Notes: generated by a model from the sequence alone, not told the origin. A stretch of DNA of 64,000 nt from an uncultured delta proteobacterium (GCA_963782055.1 CAWAIF010000003.1:800001-864000), one strand, 5' to 3'; shown: positions 48,859 through 59,870, counted from the first letter of the stretch. A program made the numbers and translations.

Positions 48859-51385
48859 ATGGAGAGAAGAGAGCCGCAGCACCCCAGGTTCAACCCGTTC
48901 GTGAGGTGGGCGGTCGCCGTCGCGATGGCGGCCGTCGCACTCGCCCTGCCACGCGCTGCCCTCGCCGTCCCGGAGGCCCACATCCTCCGGATCGACCCGC
49001 GCGCCGGCATGACCGGGGGCGCCCCGCTGCTGACCACCGTCGTGGAGGTGGTGCAGTTCAACTCCCCGTCGGAGGCGCTCGCCCCCTGCAACAACCTGAA
49101 GGGCAACGCTGCGCTCGATTGCTGGTCGAGCACCGTGGAGAAGGACGGCGTGCTGTGGAGCCCCTTCCCCTTCCCGGAGGCGAACGCGCTCTTCACCGCC
49201 AGCGTGGCCGGCGCCGATGTCCCCGCGAAGCTGGAGGGTCACGCCGAGAAGTGGGGTGACGCGGTCAAGGCGGGCGAGCCCAACGTCGGCACCGCGTGGG
49301 TCGTGTCGCTCGACGCCTCCAACGGCATGGGCGCCCGCTTCGCCGACGCCAAGCAGGTCGCCTACTCCTTCATCCAGGCGATGCAGCCCAACGACCTGAT
49401 GGAGCTGGTCGTCTTCGACTCGCGCGATCACCAGTACCTCGCCGACTCGAAGTGGAAGACCTACAAGGAGCGCAACGATCTGGTGAAGGTCCTCGACGGC
49501 GCGGCCGTCAGCCACGACGGCGGCGACCGCTCCCTCTTCTCCATCATCAAGGGCGTCATCGGCGACGCGTTCGGCAACCTGGGCAACTACTCCGCGCCGC
49601 AGAGCATCCCGCTGCACCAGGCGCTCGTCGTGCTCTCCAACGGCACGAGCAAGGCGGACGCGAGCACCACCGGCCCCGTGGCCGAGGCCTTCAGCGACTA
49701 CCTCAACAAGGGCCGCTTCCCGGACGACAACACCGCGCAGGTGAAGACGCCGCTGCCGGTCATCTCCATCTGGTTCCCCAACGCGTCGAGCTACGTCGGC
49801 AACCTCTATCGCAACAACGAAAACCAGTTCATGCAGCAGCTCGCCAACGTGAAGATTGGCGGGTTCTTCTCGGTGGTGCGGCAGGGGCAGGGCCAGCAGC
49901 ACGGCCCCACCATCGTCAAGGCGGTGAAGAAGCGCTTCGACGCCATGTACCTGGTGAAGTGGCGCCTCGCCTGCCTCAACCCCTCGGTGGAGCAGAGCTT
50001 CGCGCTCAACTTCAAGAACACCAAGCCGCAGATCGTCGGCGACTCCAGCTTCAAGGACGTGCCCATCGGCATCGACCCCACGCAGTGGCCGCTGGACATC
50101 GACGAGCAGCGCACCAAGGCGGATGCCGAGGCGAACCCGCTCTACCCGGGCGGCACCTTCAAGGTCTACGGCGACTTCTGCTGGGGCGGCGACAAGAACC
50201 GCGCGGAGGCCTACTTCGTGCCCGCCGGCACCAAGCCGGACCCCAACGCCTCCAGCCCCGACCCCGCCACCGCCAAGAAGGCGATGCAGTCGCTCATCCA
50301 GCAGAACATGCGGGGCGGCGCCATCGAGGCGGGCGACACCTTCGTCACCTTCAAGGTCCCCGACGAGGACAAGATCCTCGACGGCACCGGCGACGCGACC
50401 GTCGCGCACGTCATCGTCTACGACAACGGGGCCAAGCGCGCGAGCGGCCACGACGAGAAGTCCATCCTCACGCTGAAGGCGACCAAGAAGCCCATCCCCT
50501 GGCTGCTCTTCGCCGGCATCGGCGGCGGCGTCGTGGTGCTCGGCCTGCTCATCGTCGTCATCATGCGGGGTGGCGGCGGCGGTGGTGGCGGCGGTCGCCG
50601 GCGCGGCGCGGCTCCTCCCCCCAGCCGATCGTGGCCGGCGGCGTGCCGCCCTACGGGGGCGGTGGCGGCTACGGTCCCCCGGGCGGCGGCGGCTACGGGG
50701 GCGGTGCGCCGCCCTACGGCGGCGGTCCCCCGGGTGGCGGCTACGGTCCACCTCCCGGAGGAGGAGGCTACGCGCCAAACCCTCCGTAGGCGCCCCGTCT
50801 CCACTGGAGGCTCGCGCGGCATCGGCGGAGAGCCCGGGGATCGGCGGCGCCGTCGCGGCGAGTCTTCCTGTGCCGGCCGCGGTCGCCCGCGCTCCGCAGC
50901 CGTCCTCCCCGGCGATGGTGGAGGTGCGCTGTCCGGCGTGCGGCGCGCCCACGATGGTCACGCCCGGGCAGTCTTCCTTCTGCTTCTCGTGCGGACAGCC
51001 GGTCCCCCCCCAGCTCGCCTCCGCCGGACAGTATCCGCTCACCGGCGCCATGCCCGCTCCCACTCCGCCCCCCAACCCGTACGCCTCCGCCGGTAGCGCC
51101 GTGCTCGCCGGCGCCTCGGGCACGTACACCGTCCGATCCGGAGGGGACGTGCTGGTGGGGCGCGACCCCGCGCAGTGCGCGATTCACCTGACCGAGCCGC
51201 GCGTCAGCGCCGTGCACGCCCGGCTCAAGCTCGAAGGAGGCCAGCTCATGGTGCGTGACGAGGCCTCCAACAACGGCGTGTGCGTCGCCGGCCAGCGCAT
51301 CCCCCCCGGCGCGTGGACCCCGGTGCCGAGCGGCACCGCGCTGCGCTTCGGTCCGGTGGAGTTCGCGGTGAGGCTCGAGCCGTGA
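48859..51385 (+). CDS. Signal peptide-VWA-TM-Gly/Pro/Tyr-rich-zinc ribbon-FHA protein, interrupted by two apparent 1-nt deletions
   Basis: VWA-like VSLDASNGM...VVLSNG; TM WLLFAGIGGGVVVLGLLIVVIM; adding one C in the C-run at about 50617-50622 gives QPIVAGGVPPYGGG...; adding one C at about 50789 (TAG to TAC G) gives PYGAPSPLEAR...CPACG..CFSCG...VGRDP..VSAVHA..SNNG. Confidence 0.75.
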
Positions 51386-52600
51386 TGCCCGGACCCTCGC
51401 CGGGCGTCGAGGTCGCGCTCCGGACCGATCCGGGACGCGACCCGGACAAGCAGGTCAACGAGGACGCGTGCGGCGATCGCGCCACGCCGTTCGGGCACCT
51501 CGTCGTCGTGTGCGACGGCATGGGCGGACACGAGGGCGGCCGCGAGGCGTCGAGCGCCGCGCTGGAGTCCATCCTGCGCACCTTCGAGATCGCCACGCCG
51601 GGCACCGACCCGCGCGAGGTGCTTCGCCTCGCCGTCGCGCGCGCCAACGACGTGGTCTTCGAGCTGGGCATCGGCAAGGAGGCGGGCGCGCGCCCGGGCT
51701 CCACCGTCGTCGCCATCCTGGTCCACGACGGCGGTACCGAGGTGGCTCACGTCGGCGACAGCCGCTGCTACCGCGTCCACCAGGGGCAGATCGCGCAGAT
51801 CACCAAGGACCACTCGGTGGTGCAGAAGCTGGTCGACGCCGGCGCGCTCACCCCCGCGCAAGCCGCGCACCACCCCGACGCCAACCGCATCACGCGCGCG
51901 CTCGGCAGCAAGCTCGGCGTGGAGGTGGAGCTCGCCGGCGCGCCGCTTGGCCACGTGGCGGGCGACACCTTCGTGCTCTGCTCCGACGGCCTGAGCGATC
52001 TGGTGGAGCCGGAGGACATCCTTCGCATCGTGACCTCCGCGCCGCCGGAGCAGGCCGCCGGGCAGCTCGTCGATCTGGCCAACGCGCGCGGCGGACACGA
52101 CAACATCACCGTCGCGGTGTGCCGCCCGCGCGAGACGGCGAAGGCGTCGACGTCGCTCGCCGCGGGGGCCACCGCGAGCAGCCCGCGCGTGGCGCCCACC
52201 ATCCCGGCCACCATCGCCGAGTCCGGGCCCGCCCTGCCCGCGCCGCCGCCCACCGGCGAGCCGCGGGAGGATTCTGCCGAGCGCCCCGCCGCAGCGTTCC
52301 CGCAAGCCGCCGCTCGGCGTGCTCATCGGCGTGGGTCTGGTGCTGGCCGGCGCCGCGGCCGGCGGATACGCCGTCTGGCTGCACGAGGAGGGGGAGGAGC
52401 ACCGCCACCACCACGACGTCCCCGCGGCGTTCAAGACCGACCTCGCGCCGGCGACGACGACGCAGGCGGCGTCGGCCGTCCCGCCCCCGCCGCCTCCGCC
52501 GGTCGTCGACGTCGACGCGGAGCCGCTGCTCCCACTGGCCGAGCCCGATGCCGGCCATCCGAGACACCACCACCACCGTCCGGGGTCCGAGCCGGAGTGA
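51385..52600 (+). CDS. PP2C-family Ser/Thr phosphatase with C-terminal TM, frameshifted near 52265
   Basis: NEDA, VCDGMGG, GST, HVGDSR, LCSDGL, GHDNIT; removing one base near 52262-52270 continues ILPSAPPQRSRKPPLGVLIGVGLVLAGAAAGGYAVWL...HHHH to stop 52600. Confidence 0.85.
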
Positions 52601-52622
52601 CTTGTTGTACCCTCGGGGCGCC

Positions 52623-55600
52623 ATGACTCGACGCTCCCGTTCGCGCCTGCTCCTGCTCGCCGCCACGTCCATCGCGGCGGTGGGCGCCCTCGTCGCCGCG
52701 TGCGCCCCCGCCGCCCCCGAGCCCGTCGTCTCGGGACGCGCGATCCCGCTGACGCGCGACGCGGGGCCGCCCGCGCCGCCCTTCGTCACTCCCTCGCGGT
52801 GGTCGCTCGCTTATTCCCCCCGGTGGCGTCCGCAGACGTCGGTCACCGTCGGCGACGGCGTCACGCTCTGGGTGGGCGAGGGCGGCGAGCGCTGGCTGCA
52901 GAGGTCCTCGGGGATCGAGGCCGCGGCGACGCTGCTCCCCGAGCGCATCGTCGGCGTGCAGCGCGCCGATGCCGGGTACCGCTTCGTCGGCGAGTCGGGC
53001 GCCGTGTACCTCGCGCGCGAGGCACTGGGTGGCGCCCGCCGCGTCTCCGACGCCGTGCCCGGCGCCCGGTCCATCGCGATCGGCAAGAGCGCCATCGTCA
53101 TCGCCACGCACGAGGGCGATCTGGTCCGCAGCGCCGACGCGGGGCACACCTGGACGAAGGTGAAGTTGCCGCAGAGCGACGGCATCGCGGTGAGCGTCGC
53201 GATGAACGGCGCGGCGGGCATCGTGCTGGCGGCGCCGCAGCGCATCTACGGCACCAAGGACGACGGCCTGACGTGGTCGCCGGTCAAGAGCCCGGCCATC
53301 GGCGCCACCCGCGTGACCTCCCACGACGGCGCGGTCTGGCTGGAAGGCGATGGCGACAACCTGCGCTTCGACCCGGCGTGGGGGACCTTCAGCGCCGCCA
53401 CCTCCGCGCACCACGCGGGCACGGTCAACCTGGTCGCACACGACGATCACTCGGTCACCACCACCAGCCGCTACCTGGACGGCAAGCGCGCGCTGGAGAT
53501 CGACGGCACGCCTTCGCACGAGTGGACCGTCGCCGTCGGGGAGCTCGGGGCGATGCCCGCGCCACGGCCGTTGCCCGAGCTCGTCGGCTGCGAGTTCGTC
53601 AACGGCGCCATCCGCGGCAACACCGTCGTGCTCTCGTGCGACGCGCGCGGCACCGTGGCGGACGGCATCGACCGCGACGCCTCCGCGCCGCACACCTATT
53701 ACAACACCGGAGCCCGCAGCTCCGGGGCCCCCGACGGCGGCACCCTGGGCTTCGTGACCAAGATCTACCGGAGCGACGACGGCGGCCGAACCTACCGCGA
53801 CGACGCGACGGTCGAGGGCGGCATCCCGCAGGCCAACGACCAGGCCATCGCCCTGGGTGGTGGCGACTGGCTCTACCTCGGCATGCGCTGCGGCACCGGT
53901 TACTCGCCCGCGTGCCTCCCGGCGCGCGTCCGGCCGAACCGCGCCAACGGCTGGACCGAGCTCCCTCAGGGCGATCGCCGCGCGGGCAACGTGCGCTTCG
54001 CCGGGAGCGTGCTCGACACCAGCGTCTACAGCATCGGCGTGCGCGACGAGGAGGCCTACCTCTTCCAGTGGAAGGCGGGCGCGGGCGCGCCCGAGCCGCT
54101 CGGCAGGATCGCCGGGTCGCTCGAGGCACGGGCGGTGTCCCTGTCCATCGACGACGACGGCGCGGTGCGCGGCTTCGTCCGCGGCGACGGCAAGCCCCAC
54201 GGCTTCGTCTACCGGCAGGGGCAGGGCATGAGCACCCTCGACCTCCCCGCCGAGGCGACGCGCGCCGCCTTCTCCGGCGCGCGCGGCATCGCCATCGACC
54301 GCCGCGGCAAGACGTTCGAGACCGACGACAGCGGCAAGACCTGGGTGCCCGCCGCCTTCCCAGCCTTCGTCACCGACATCGACCAGTGCACCACCTTCGG
54401 CTGCACGACCAACCGTGGCTTCCGCGTCGGCTGGGACATGGCCGCGCCGCCGCCCGCCGCGAGCCAGCCCGCGCCATCGCTGCTGTACGCCAAGCCGCTA
54501 CGCTGCTCGGCCAAGGACAAGTGGGTCACCCTGGGCGGCGGCACCATCCCCAGGGTCGCCAGCGTCGATCACGGGGCCTCCCGCTGGGTGATGCCCGTGC
54601 GCGGGAAGGACGGCCGCATCACCCTGCTGCTCTCCAAGCGCGGCGACCCGACGACCAAGACCACGTCGCTCTCCATGATGGGCCCGGCCCCGGGGCCGCC
54701 CCTGCACGGCTCCGGCACCACCATGCACGTGCAGCCGGAGGGCGTGGTCGTCCTTCGCTACAGCTATCTCCGCAAGCGCACCGGCCTCGGCCGCTACAAC
54801 CCGGTGGACGCGCAGATCGCCTGGTACCGCGACACCACGGGCAAGGTCGGGCACGGCAAGGCGCTCGGGAACCCGGCCTTCCGCGTCAACCGCGACCCGC
54901 AGGACGGCTACGACGCGGAGGTCCCTGCCTACCGCAGGATGCCCGAGGTGCTCTCGCTCCAGCCGAACGGCGTCTACTTCCACTCGCGCGCCTATTCCGA
55001 CGAGGAGGCCGACGACGACGAGCCCGCGAAGCCCGCTCCCTTCGTGCTGCTGCGGGACAACGGGCGGACGGAGAAGCTCAAGTTTCCCAAGGCCGACGAC
55101 GATGGCATGACGATGGTGGCGCCCCTGGACGGCTCGCCGGACGTGCTCGTCGCCAACGACCAGGTGTGGAGCCTCTACCGGCCCAACGGCGCCAAGGCGA
55201 TCCGCTGGGCCGTGATGGGCGGCCTGGAGGATGACGACGCGCCCGTCAACCTCGTCTCTCTCGGCGGCAAGCCGGTGCTCGTGGCCACGGCGCGCGACGC
55301 GGGGCGCGCCTGGGGGATCCGCCTCGGCGCCACGCCCGACCTGGGGCCGATCTTCGCCCTCCCCACGCAGAAGTCGCTGGGCGACCAGCCCACGCCCTGC
55401 GACGGGGCGGTGCCCCACGATCCCTCCGTCCTTCGGTTCGACGCCCCGTGGGTGGTCGGCTCACGCCACCCGGTGATCGTGGACGTGGACGGCGTGGCCC
55501 ACGTGCTCGCCACCGATCGCGCCGAGGTGCGCGGGAGCGCCACCAAGCCCGGGGCCTGCGTCGCCGCCTTCGACGCCACGCTCCCCTCCGGCGTGGACGA

Positions 55601-55826
55601 CGACGACGACGACTGGGGCGCGCTCGTCTTCATGGACGATCTCGCGCACTCCCTCATCTTCCGCGCGGACACGACCGACTGGCCGGCGCAGGTCTCGGTC
55701 CGACCGATGGAGTGTCAGTTCACGGCCGGGCCGCTCCCCAGGTCCTTGCAGGACGCGCCCGGCTTCACCTCCGTCGCGTCCAAGAATCTCGGGGGCATCC
55801 CCGTCGTCCGGCCCCTGCGCCGCTGA
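52623..55826 (+). CDS. Large lipoprotein with BNR/Asp-box beta-propeller repeats
   Basis: Lipobox VAAC; SADAGHTW, TKDDGLTW, SDDGGRTY, TDDSGKTW Asp-boxes; CTTFGC..RVGW. Confidence 0.75.
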   Translation: MTRRSRSRLLLLAATSIAAVGALVAACAPAAPEPVVSGRAIPLTRDAGPPAPPFVTPSRWSLAYSPRWRPQTSVTVGDGVTLWVGEGGERWLQRSSGIEAAATLLPERIVGVQRADAGYRFVGESGAVYLAREALGGARRVSDAVPGARSIAIGKSAIVIATHEGDLVRSADAGHTWTKVKLPQSDGIAVSVAMNGAAGIVLAAPQRIYGTKDDGLTWSPVKSPAIGATRVTSHDGAVWLEGDGDNLRFDPAWGTFSAATSAHHAGTVNLVAHDDHSVTTTSRYLDGKRALEIDGTPSHEWTVAVGELGAMPAPRPLPELVGCEFVNGAIRGNTVVLSCDARGTVADGIDRDASAPHTYYNTGARSSGAPDGGTLGFVTKIYRSDDGGRTYRDDATVEGGIPQANDQAIALGGGDWLYLGMRCGTGYSPACLPARVRPNRANGWTELPQGDRRAGNVRFAGSVLDTSVYSIGVRDEEAYLFQWKAGAGAPEPLGRIAGSLEARAVSLSIDDDGAVRGFVRGDGKPHGFVYRQGQGMSTLDLPAEATRAAFSGARGIAIDRRGKTFETDDSGKTWVPAAFPAFVTDIDQCTTFGCTTNRGFRVGWDMAAPPPAASQPAPSLLYAKPLRCSAKDKWVTLGGGTIPRVASVDHGASRWVMPVRGKDGRITLLLSKRGDPTTKTTSLSMMGPAPGPPLHGSGTTMHVQPEGVVVLRYSYLRKRTGLGRYNPVDAQIAWYRDTTGKVGHGKALGNPAFRVNRDPQDGYDAEVPAYRRMPEVLSLQPNGVYFHSRAYSDEEADDDEPAKPAPFVLLRDNGRTEKLKFPKADDDGMTMVAPLDGSPDVLVANDQVWSLYRPNGAKAIRWAVMGGLEDDDAPVNLVSLGGKPVLVATARDAGRAWGIRLGATPDLGPIFALPTQKSLGDQPTPCDGAVPHDPSVLRFDAPWVVGSRHPVIVDVDGVAHVLATDRAEVRGSATKPGACVAAFDATLPSGVDDDDDDWGALVFMDDLAHSLIFRADTTDWPAQVSVRPMECQFTAGPLPRSLQDAPGFTSVASKNLGGIPVVRPLRR

Positions 55827-55837
55827 CGCGGAGGGGG

Positions 55838-56326
55838 TCAGTCGCTCGCCGCGTCGGCGCTGCCGGAGTCGGCGGTCGCGTCGGCGCCCGAGTCGCCGCC
55901 GCCGGCGTCGGTGTTGCCCGAGTCGCCGCCGCCGGCGTCCTTGGCGCACGCCCCGGAGGACGCCACCGGACGGGGCGCGTAGCCCTCCGGCGCGCAGAGC
56001 GGCACCGTCTTGCCGTCGCACCCGCAGGCGACGTTCGCCTCGCAGCCGGAGACCTGCGTGTAGGGCTGGCACTCGCCCGCCGCCCCGCACCCCTTGTCGA
56101 CCGCGAAGACGCAGCGGTGGGTGTCGGGGCAGTCCCTGTCCGCGGTGCAGAAGCGACCGTTCGCGTCGCCGCCGCCCTCCGGAAAGACGCCGTTGCCGCT
56201 GGACGAACCAGGATCGTAGGGGTCGTCGTAGTTCTTGTCGCTCGTCGGCGGAGGGAGGGTGGTGTCGGAGCACGCGAGCAGCAGCGCGGCGGTGACGCAG
56301 CCGAGGACGAGGGAGGAGGCGCGCAT
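55838..56326 (-). CDS. Small Cys-rich lipoprotein (Kazal-like motif)
   Basis: Lipobox LLAC; C..DRDC..C..C..C, ACGCDGKT; duplicated DAGGGDSG tail. Confidence 0.7.
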   Translation of the reverse strand: MRASSLVLGCVTAALLLACSDTTLPPPTSDKNYDDPYDPGSSSGNGVFPEGGGDANGRFCTADRDCPDTHRCVFAVDKGCGAAGECQPYTQVSGCEANVACGCDGKTVPLCAPEGYAPRPVASSGACAKDAGGGDSGNTDAGGGDSGADATADSGSADAASD

Positions 56327-56370
56327 CGCGGGAGGCATTGCAGGAAGTATGCGCCCGGTCGTTCGCCGGC

Positions 56371-56895
56371 TCAACGTGGTGCGATGCCCTCGCTCAGGGC
56401 CCGCGCGACCGCGAAGACGTGCGCGTCCTCCCGCCCGGCGTCGCGGATCGCCTCGGCGAGGCGAAGCGCATACTCCGCGTTGTCCCCGCTCGGGCCGCGC
56501 GCGCTGCGCACGGTCTGCACGATGGCCTCCAGCGGCGCGGGGCCGAGGTACTGCGGGTTGTCCGGCCCGGCAAAATAGACGAGCGCCCGCACCGCGCGGC
56601 CGTCCTCCAGCCGCGCGTCAATCTCCAGCCGCACGTAGCCGCCCTGCTCGCGCACGTCCAGGTGCGCGAGCACCTCCTCGCGACGCGCCTCCTCGATGCG
56701 ATAGGCCATCCCCCAGAGCTCGACGTCCGGCGCTTGCACCAGCGTGACCACGCGGCCGGGGGCGTCAACAACGCCACGATGATCGACCGAGCCCTGCCAG
56801 AAGCGTCGCTCCCAGCCGCGCACCGTCGCGCCCACCCGCTCGGCGAAGGGGAAGGTGGGGCGCCAGATGAGCGATCCATACCCGAAGACCCACAT
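56371..56895 (-). CDS. chaC: Glutathione-specific gamma-glutamylcyclotransferase
   Basis: MWVFGYGSLIW, RRFWQGSVDHRG..PGRVVTL, LDVREQGGY, GPSGDNAEY. Confidence 0.92.
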   Translation of the reverse strand: MWVFGYGSLIWRPTFPFAERVGATVRGWERRFWQGSVDHRGVVDAPGRVVTLVQAPDVELWGMAYRIEEARREEVLAHLDVREQGGYVRLEIDARLEDGRAVRALVYFAGPDNPQYLGPAPLEAIVQTVRSARGPSGDNAEYALRLAEAIRDAGREDAHVFAVARALSEGIAPR

Positions 56896-56999
56896 GCCGC
56901 CGGACTCTACCCCCGACCCGCAGCTCGTGGGGCTGGCGATGGGGACGAGCATCGCCCCGGCCCGATTCGGCGGAGCCGAATGGTGCACGGTGATTTAGG

Positions 57000-58637
57000 A
57001 TGCAACGCATGCTCGACGTGCCGCTCCCCATCGCCTGCCCCGTCAACGAACCCATCCTCGGCTACATGCCAGGCTCACCCGAGCGCCAGTCCCTGCGCGA
57101 CGCGCTGGGCGACCTCGCCGGCGAGCGGCCGGACGTCCCCCACGTCATCGGCGGCAAGGAGCTGCGCGAGGGCGCGCCCTTCGACGTTTGCGCCCCGCAC
57201 GACCACGGCCTCGTCCTGGCGAAGTGCCACCAGGGCGGCGGGGCGATGGCGAAGAAGGCGATCGAGGCGGCGCTGGCCGCCGCGCCCGGGTGGGCCGCCA
57301 CCCCCTTCGAGGAGCGCGCCCGCGTCTTCCTCCGCGCGGCCGACATGCTCGCCGGCCCCTGGCGCGCGACGATCAACGCCGCCACCATGCTCGGCCAGAG
57401 CAAGACGGCGTTCCAGGCGGAGATCGACGCGGCGTGCGAGCTCATCGACTTCCTCCGCTTCAACGTGCACTTCGCCTCCCGCCTCGCGGAGCAGCCCTAC
57501 TCGCCCGCCGGCGTACGCAACGCCCTGGAGCTCCGCCCGCTGGAGGGCTTCGTCCTCGCCGTCACGCCGTTCAACTTCACCGCCATCGCCGGCAACCTCC
57601 CGAGCGCGCCCGCGCTCATGGGCAACGTGGTGGTGTGGAAGCCGGCGGAGAACCAGAGCCTCGCCGCCTATCACACGATGCAGCTCTTCCAGGCGGCCGG
57701 CCTTCCTCCCGGCGTCATCAACGTCGTCTACGGCGAGGGCGCGCCGGTCGCGCGCGCGTGCCTGGAGGACCCGCACCTCGCCGGCGTCCACTTCACCGGC
57801 TCCACGCGCGTCTTCCAGGACATCCAGCGCGGCGTCGGCGAGCACATCGCGAGCTACCGGAGCTACCCGCGCGTCGTCGGCGAGACGGGCGGCAAGGACT
57901 TCGTCTTCGCCCACGCGTCGGCCGACGCCGACGCGCTCGCCGTCGCGCTCGTGCGCGGCGCCTACGAGTTCCAGGGGCAGAAGTGCTCCGCCGCATCGCG
58001 CGCGTACGTGCCGCGCTCCCTCTGGCCGTCGGTGCGCGACCGTATCGTCGCCGAGATCGGCGCGATCCGCATGGGTGACGTGCGCGACTTTCGCACCTTC
58101 ATGGGCGCGGTGATCAACGAGCGCGCGTGGACGCGCCTCTCCGGCTGGCGCGACCGCCTGAAGAAGGACGCGTCCTGCGAGGTCCTCGCCGATCCCGGGT
58201 GGTCGCGCGATGCCGGCTGGTTCGCCGGTCCCACGCTGGTGGAGGTGAGCGATCCCTCGCACGACGTGATGCAGCAGGAGCTCTTCGGGCCCCTCCTCTC
58301 GGTGTACGCCTACGACGACGCGAAGGTGGACGAGACGCTGCGCCTGGTCGACAAGACGAGCCCCTACGGCCTGACAGGCGCCATCTTCGCGCGCGACCGC
58401 GGGGTCATCGCGCGCGCCATGCACACGCTGCGGCAGGCCGCGGGCAACCTCTACATCAACGACAAGCCCACCGGCGCGGTCGTGGGGCAGCAGCCCTTCG
58501 GCGGGGCGCGCGCGTCGGGCACCAACGACAAGGCCGGCAGCGCGTACAACTTGCTGCGCTGGGCCTCGCCGCGCGTGGTGAAGGAGACCTTCGTCCCGCC
58601 GGTGAAGGTCGGCTACCCGTACATGTCCGAGGGCTGA
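57000..58637 (+). CDS. pruA: Delta-1-pyrroline-5-carboxylate (L-glutamate gamma-semialdehyde) dehydrogenase
   Basis: NEP..Y.PGSPER, TMLGQSK..QAEIDAACELIDFLRFN, PFNFTAI, FTGST, ETGGKDF, FQGQKCSA, GTNDKAGS. Confidence 0.95.
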   Translation: MQRMLDVPLPIACPVNEPILGYMPGSPERQSLRDALGDLAGERPDVPHVIGGKELREGAPFDVCAPHDHGLVLAKCHQGGGAMAKKAIEAALAAAPGWAATPFEERARVFLRAADMLAGPWRATINAATMLGQSKTAFQAEIDAACELIDFLRFNVHFASRLAEQPYSPAGVRNALELRPLEGFVLAVTPFNFTAIAGNLPSAPALMGNVVVWKPAENQSLAAYHTMQLFQAAGLPPGVINVVYGEGAPVARACLEDPHLAGVHFTGSTRVFQDIQRGVGEHIASYRSYPRVVGETGGKDFVFAHASADADALAVALVRGAYEFQGQKCSAASRAYVPRSLWPSVRDRIVAEIGAIRMGDVRDFRTFMGAVINERAWTRLSGWRDRLKKDASCEVLADPGWSRDAGWFAGPTLVEVSDPSHDVMQQELFGPLLSVYAYDDAKVDETLRLVDKTSPYGLTGAIFARDRGVIARAMHTLRQAAGNLYINDKPTGAVVGQQPFGGARASGTNDKAGSAYNLLRWASPRVVKETFVPPVKVGYPYMSEG

Positions 58638-58643
58638 CGCGCG

Positions 58644-59870
58644 ATGGGCGCCGAGCCCGGCGACGAGGTGACGTTCGATGGAGAGCGCCTCGTCCAGTGG
58701 GAGGCCGACGCGCGGACGCGGGCGCTGTCTCGCTGGGGCCCGTGGACGGTGGTCGGGCTGATCGGCGTCGCCATGATGCGCCTGGGCGACCACCCGGGCG
58801 TGGCCCTCACCCCGCTGCTCGTGCTGTCCATCCTGGCGCTGCTGGCGACGCGCTTGCGGCAGTCGCGGGCGGCGGCGTGGCGCGCCGTGACGGTGGTCGC
58901 CTCGCGCGCGGGCCTGCGCGTCGGCAACGAGCACGTCCCGGACGTCGAGCTGGAGTCGGCGATGGTCGAGCCGGAGCTGGACGGCGGCCCGGTCGTGCGT
59001 GTCCGGCGGAAGCGCGCCGCGCCGCTGCTGGTGCGGGTGACCGACGTGGAGGATGGCCGGCGTCTGGTTCGCGCCCTCGGACTCGACCCCACCCGCCGCC
59101 TCGCCGAGATGCGCGCGCCTTCATGGGTGCTGACGCGCTACCCGCGCGCGACGCCCTTCGTCGTCGCGGCGGCGGCCATCCTCTGGGCGCTCCCCCTCTT
59201 CTCCTCGTCGCCGCTCTTCGTCTTCGCGCGGTGGGTGCTGTACCTCGCGAGCATCGCGGTGGTCCTCTGGCCCAGCCGCGTCGCCGTGGGCGCCGACGGC
59301 CTGCTCATCCGGTGGCTGGCGTACCGCCGCTTCATCCGCTTCGCCGACGTGAGGGACATGCACGTGGTGGAGCGGCGCAACCGTCGCGTCGCGCGCATCG
59401 TGCTGCGCTCGGGGGAGGCGCTGGAGCTGCTGCTCACGACACGGCAAGGCGCGCCGCGGAGCGCGGCGCTGGTGGAGCGCATCGAGGAGGGCCTGCTGGC
59501 GGCGAGGGCCAGCGCCGGCGAGTTCCTCCCCTACCTCCCGGCGCGCGCCGACAAGCCAGTGCGCCAGTGGCTGGAGGAGCTGCGCGGCTTCGGCATGGGG
59601 ATGGCGACCCACCGGACGGCGGCGGCGGACCCGGAGGCGCTGGCGCGGGTGGTGGAGAGCGCCGCGGCCACCCCCAAGGATCGCGCGGCGGCCGCGGTGG
59701 CGCTGGCGGCGAGCGACGGGGGCGTCCCCCGCCTGCGCGTCGCCGCCGAGGCGGTGGCGGAGCCGAAGCTGCGGGTGGCGATCGACGCGGTGGCGGGCGG
59801 TGACGAGGCGGCGCTGGAGGAGGCGCTGGACGAGCTGGAGCGCGACGCGAGGGTGGCTGCGGGCTCCTGA
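58644..59870 (+). CDS. Hypothetical membrane protein with two TM-pair/PH-like modules
   Basis: Two hydrophobic hairpins, each followed by beta-rich segments (VAVGADGLLIRW..FIRFADV); helical C-terminus. Confidence 0.65.
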   Translation: MGAEPGDEVTFDGERLVQWEADARTRALSRWGPWTVVGLIGVAMMRLGDHPGVALTPLLVLSILALLATRLRQSRAAAWRAVTVVASRAGLRVGNEHVPDVELESAMVEPELDGGPVVRVRRKRAAPLLVRVTDVEDGRRLVRALGLDPTRRLAEMRAPSWVLTRYPRATPFVVAAAAILWALPLFSSSPLFVFARWVLYLASIAVVLWPSRVAVGADGLLIRWLAYRRFIRFADVRDMHVVERRNRRVARIVLRSGEALELLLTTRQGAPRSAALVERIEEGLLAARASAGEFLPYLPARADKPVRQWLEELRGFGMGMATHRTAAADPEALARVVESAAATPKDRAAAAVALAASDGGVPRLRVAAEAVAEPKLRVAIDAVAGGDEAALEEALDELERDARVAAGS

